Below are positions 58,231 to 61,531 of a DNA stretch of 61,531 bases, one piece after another (within the stretch, counting starts at the first letter, position 1; each line of letters opens with the position of its first letter). The position numbers and the translations under genes are program-made. The stretch is from Candidatus Daviesbacteria bacterium (GTDB lineage: Bacteria > Patescibacteriota > Microgenomatia > Daviesbacterales > UBA10151). The stretch is from contig JACQIX010000019.1 in NCBI GenBank assembly GCA_016198275.1, forward strand, positions 1 through 61,531, written 5' to 3'. The notes below the pieces were generated by a model. It saw only the letters and a list, made by a program, of their open reading frames with translations, made no database searches and was not told the origin of the DNA.

Positions 58231-59670
58231 ATGCAGAATAATGACTCTTCATTAAAAAACTTCCTGGAAATTCCTTATGATAGGCTGGAAGAGATGAATT
58301 TGAAGGCTAAAGAAAGGCAGCAGACAAATGACCCTAAAATTTTAGAAGAAGAGTATCGTATTTATCTTAAGAGAGAGAAAAGAATTAAAGCAGTAACATT
58401 GTGTTTTACTGATATTGAAGGCAGATTTCACATGTTGGATTATGACAAAAAATATCTTTTGGAATCTGCTTCCAATTTAACCTTTGATGGTTCGTCTATC
58501 AGGGGGTTTACGGCCCAGCATGAATCAGATTTAAGATTGGAAGTTGATTGGCCAAGTTTTATTTGGTTGCCATCCGATATATTTGGTTCAGGTAAAGTAG
58601 TCATGTTTGCAGATGTATTAAGTAGAGATCGGACTCCTTATAATTCAGATTTTAGGCTTCAGCTAAAAATCTATACTAAAAAACTTAAAGAAAAAGAGGG
58701 TATTGTTGCCTATGCTGCCACGGAAACAGAAGGTTTTTTAGTGGAGAGTGTAGGAGCAGAGCAAAGCTTTGATGAAGATTCAGGTTTTAAATTAATTTCC
58801 ACAGGTGGTTATTATCACTCACTTCCTTTGGATAAATTGCGCCGATTTATTGATGCATCAGCCGAATCGCAAAGGTCAATGGGATTTAAGAATGAAAAAG
58901 ATCATCCGGAAGTAGCACCCTCGCAATTTGAGTTAAATTTTGGATATACGGAAGTTATTAGAGCCTGTGACCAAATTCAACTTTATAAATTGGTTTGTCG
59001 GCAGGTAGCCAATAATATGGGTTTGACAGCCACATTTTTACCAAAACCAATTGCTAATGTTAACGGGTCAGGTATGCATACCAATTTTTCACTGAGTAAA
59101 AACAATAAAAATCTTTTTTTTCAAAAAGATGGCCAAGATGGATTATCGCAATATGCCTGGGATTTTATCTTAAGGATATTAAATCATGCTCCTGAAACTT
59201 CTTTAGTATTTAGTTCATCAGTTAATGCTTACAGAAGATTGGATCCACACTTTGAAGCCCCTAATCAAATTAGGGTCTCACCAATTGATAGGGGTTCCAT
59301 GATCAGGATCCCTGCTGGTAATGAAAAAACAGCCCGGATTGAATTAAGGGCTGTTGCGCCTGATGCTAATCCGTATCTGGTGCTTTATACTATGTTAAGA
59401 ATCGGCTTGGAAGGAAAAAAATTAGTCCAACCGAAAAATAGACGGGACAGAGCGAGATTTCTTCCTGGTACCATTCATGATGCGATTAGACTTTTTAAAG
59501 CAAATGATTTTATTGGCCGTTTTTTAGGAGAAGAGAATAAGAAAAAATATTTAATTTTCAAAGAATTTGTAGCAGACAGAAGCCCCCGGGAACTTGGTAA
59601 AAAGGTCAAAACATCGGAAATTATTTACCATCATGAAGTAACAAATCAGGTGTTATGGAATACTTTTTAA
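58231..59670 (+). CDS. glnA: Glutamine synthetase family protein
   Basis: 479 aa. It has the beta-grasp FTDIEGRFHMLDY and catalytic motifs KDHPEVAPSQFELNF, GSGMHTNFSL, NAYRRL and RIELR. Confidence 0.8.
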   Translation: MQNNDSSLKNFLEIPYDRLEEMNLKAKERQQTNDPKILEEEYRIYLKREKRIKAVTLCFTDIEGRFHMLDYDKKYLLESASNLTFDGSSIRGFTAQHESDLRLEVDWPSFIWLPSDIFGSGKVVMFADVLSRDRTPYNSDFRLQLKIYTKKLKEKEGIVAYAATETEGFLVESVGAEQSFDEDSGFKLISTGGYYHSLPLDKLRRFIDASAESQRSMGFKNEKDHPEVAPSQFELNFGYTEVIRACDQIQLYKLVCRQVANNMGLTATFLPKPIANVNGSGMHTNFSLSKNNKNLFFQKDGQDGLSQYAWDFILRILNHAPETSLVFSSSVNAYRRLDPHFEAPNQIRVSPIDRGSMIRIPAGNEKTARIELRAVAPDANPYLVLYTMLRIGLEGKKLVQPKNRRDRARFLPGTIHDAIRLFKANDFIGRFLGEENKKKYLIFKEFVADRSPRELGKKVKTSEIIYHHEVTNQVLWNTF

Positions 59671-59674
59671 GTCT

Positions 59675-61180
59675 CTATTCAACATACAAAGGCATAGGAT
59701 CTTCTAAATTAGTATTAGGAGTTTGACAACCTTTTTCAATAGTATCTTTTGGCGGGATCTGAGAAGGAAGGATAAGACCAATATGCCCAAATTTAACTTT
59801 AACTTCTTTTGATAATTCTTCCGGGATCACAATATTGTAAACAGGGACATTAAGCGATGGGTGAGTTAGATAAACATTTTTCAAATAAAATAAATACCTG
59901 AAACCAACATTTTCTCCCGGGTTAGTAATATAGTTTATACCAACACAGGGATAACCCAATTCCTTAGAATTTTTTTTTATATATTCCACCACTGATTTTT
60001 TTTCAACATAGCCCTTATGATAAAAATCTTGAGTGATTAAAAAAAATGTATTCTTAATAAGAATAAAAGCTAAAATTACCAGAGTTATTAATTTGCCCCA
60101 GAAAGAAAACTTAAATAATAAGTAAAGTAAAAAACTTACAATCACAATAAATATTACTGTTATATTGGCAAAATAATATTCAGAAATAGTGGAAGACGAT
60201 AACGTGAAGAAAATAATAACCCCTAAAGCCCAGAAGTATTGCGGAATTAATTCTTTTGGGGATATTAGTTTCTTTTTAATAGGAAGCAAGGCAGAAAGGA
60301 AAATTAGTAAAACAAAGAAGATGTTATTTGTTACTTTAAATGATTGTGGAGAAAATAATAGAGAATTTACGTTTTTTGTTATCATTTCTAAAACTAATTG
60401 AAATTTATAAAAACTGGCAAAACTTTCCCGGGAATTAGTAAAGTTGTTTATTAAACTGAAACTTTGTCCGAAATTGTGCCTTAATTCAAAAATAATTAAA
60501 GGTGCTGAGGTAATTAAAAGAGATGCTGTAAAAAATAAAGTCTGTTTTAAACTAGGTATTCTTTTAGATATAAGGATTGCAATCGGTATGGCAATAAGGG
60601 TGGGAATTAAAGCAATATGGATATGCCATATTAGTCCAATTAAAATTCCCACTAACCACAGCGCGGAAAAATTGCCGCGAGAAAGCAAGATGAGCGTATA
60701 AAAATACCAAATTGACCAAAGTGACGTTGTCACAGTCGGTACTACCCAGCGGTCGGCATTTACTGTAACAGTTAAAACGGCATATAAGAAAGCTGCAATG
60801 AATCCGATCTCTTTTTTAAATAAATTAGCTAAAACAAAATAGTAACTAAATATGGTAAAAAGTCCCAGCAAAGTTATTGGAATAAGCACCCCGATCGGAT
60901 CCATGTTGGATAATATAAAAAAGGGAGTAATCAGATAATAATATGCTGGACCAATAAAAATACCCGGAGCAGTGGTTTGTTGTCCTATCAGACGCAAGTG
61001 CCCATTTACCAAAATATCTTTAATAATCCAAGAATATAAATCTCCGTCATGAGCAAATTCAAATCTGTCTATTATTTTGTAAGTTCTAAAAAATAATCCG
61101 AGTATTAATATTATTCCCAATATTAAAGTAGGAAGAAGACGCATCTTCCCGATAGTAACAGCTGCAATTTGAATACGCAA
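59675..61180 (-). CDS. Polytopic membrane protein, probable GT-C-fold glycosyltransferase (paralogue of 55831..57309)
   Basis: 501 aa. See the shared blocks listed for 55831..57309. Confidence 0.5.
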   Translation of the reverse strand: MRIQIAAVTIGKMRLLPTLILGIILILGLFFRTYKIIDRFEFAHDGDLYSWIIKDILVNGHLRLIGQQTTAPGIFIGPAYYYLITPFFILSNMDPIGVLIPITLLGLFTIFSYYFVLANLFKKEIGFIAAFLYAVLTVTVNADRWVVPTVTTSLWSIWYFYTLILLSRGNFSALWLVGILIGLIWHIHIALIPTLIAIPIAILISKRIPSLKQTLFFTASLLITSAPLIIFELRHNFGQSFSLINNFTNSRESFASFYKFQLVLEMITKNVNSLLFSPQSFKVTNNIFFVLLIFLSALLPIKKKLISPKELIPQYFWALGVIIFFTLSSSTISEYYFANITVIFIVIVSFLLYLLFKFSFWGKLITLVILAFILIKNTFFLITQDFYHKGYVEKKSVVEYIKKNSKELGYPCVGINYITNPGENVGFRYLFYLKNVYLTHPSLNVPVYNIVIPEELSKEVKVKFGHIGLILPSQIPPKDTIEKGCQTPNTNLEDPMPLYVE

Positions 61181-61206
61181 TTATACAATGTTAAACTATT
61201 GCTCTG

Positions 61207-61531
61207 ATGATCGTCAATGCAATTAAAACCCGTAAATTTTTACCACCGAAAGATAATCTCTGGGACCTTTTAAAAGCCATTAGATCACTTAAGGAAAATT
61301 CGGTAGTTGCTGTTACTTCAAAGGTGGTATCAATTGGGGAAGGTAGATGTGTCCTGATAGAGAAATTTCCTGATAAAGACAAGTTAGTGATAATGGAAAC
61401 AGATAAATATTTGCCAAGAGAGACAGTTCCTCATGGGTTAGTTATGCATACTATAAAAAACAATATGTTTATAGCTTCAGCAGGGATTGATGAAAGTAAT
61501 GGGGCAGGCCATTACATTTTATGGCCAAAAG
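61207..61531 (+). CDS. 5' part of a CofE-like gamma-glutamyl ligase family gene (runs off the window)
   Basis: This ORF is not in the track because it has no stop in the window. From the ATG at 61207 it reads MIVNAIKTRKFLPPKDNLWDLL...VAVTSKVVSIGEGR...ASAGIDESNGAGHYILWPK, typical of the F420-0:gamma-glutamyl ligase-like fold. Confidence 0.55.
   Translation, partial: MIVNAIKTRKFLPPKDNLWDLLKAIRSLKENSVVAVTSKVVSIGEGRCVLIEKFPDKDKLVIMETDKYLPRETVPHGLVMHTIKNNMFIASAGIDESNGAGHYILWPK

Noticed and set aside
61191-61382. 63-aa minus-strand ORF at the window end
   Set aside because: The plus strand encodes a recognisable CofE-like N-terminus that continues to the window edge.
1-61531. CRISPR arrays, rRNA genes, additional tRNAs
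   Set aside because: I saw no regularly spaced direct repeats and no rRNA-like conserved stretches. I could fold only one cloverleaf (4226-4299). A tRNAscan/Infernal run should confirm this.

Overview
This 61.5-kb window comes from an AT-rich bacterial genome. By inference only, the backbone looks Patescibacteria/CPR-like: H+-pyrophosphatase, GreA, LysRS, SerRS, SecA, glutamine synthetase, a run of GT-C/YfhO-type membrane glycosyltransferase paralogues, a Pro/Thr-rich anchored protein, and little Shine-Dalgarno use.

The central ~35.6 kb (about 14.89-50.45 kb) reads as an integrated mobile element inserted into the 3' end of secA. It has three parts:

1. A phage-like backbone: large serine recombinase, Xis-like HTH, primase-NTPase fusion, TerS-like protein and TerL. 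There are no capsid, portal, tail or lysis genes.
2. A ~22-kb copper / extracytoplasmic-thiol cargo: a BlaI/BlaR1-like switch, many CxxC proteins, two CcdA+thioredoxin-fold pairs, a multicopper oxidase, an OmpR-type two-component system, a P1B ATPase with an unusual CPD motif, and YHS, HMBD, Met-rich and His-rich small proteins.
3. A 1354-aa single-gene candidate antiphage protein next to the right junction, built as Cap4-like nuclease + P-loop NTPase + helical repeats (Avs/STAND-like).

Non-coding signals:
- one tRNA-Glu(CUC);
- seven island promoters sharing a pho-box-like layout (two tandem 11-bp repeats, a 10-11 bp gap, a -10 hexamer), most with the start codon 6-8 nt after the -10 (leaderless-like);
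- two near-identical palindromic operators at the BlaI-like gene and the downstream thiol operon;
- a repeated GGAGGTGA ribosome-binding site in front of many small cargo genes;
- two unlisted micro-ORFs (a 40-aa HMBD zinc ribbon and a 15-aa Cys-rich peptide).

I saw no rRNA and no CRISPR array. All calls come from reading the sequence and ORF translations by eye. No searches were run, so every family assignment needs HMM or structure confirmation.
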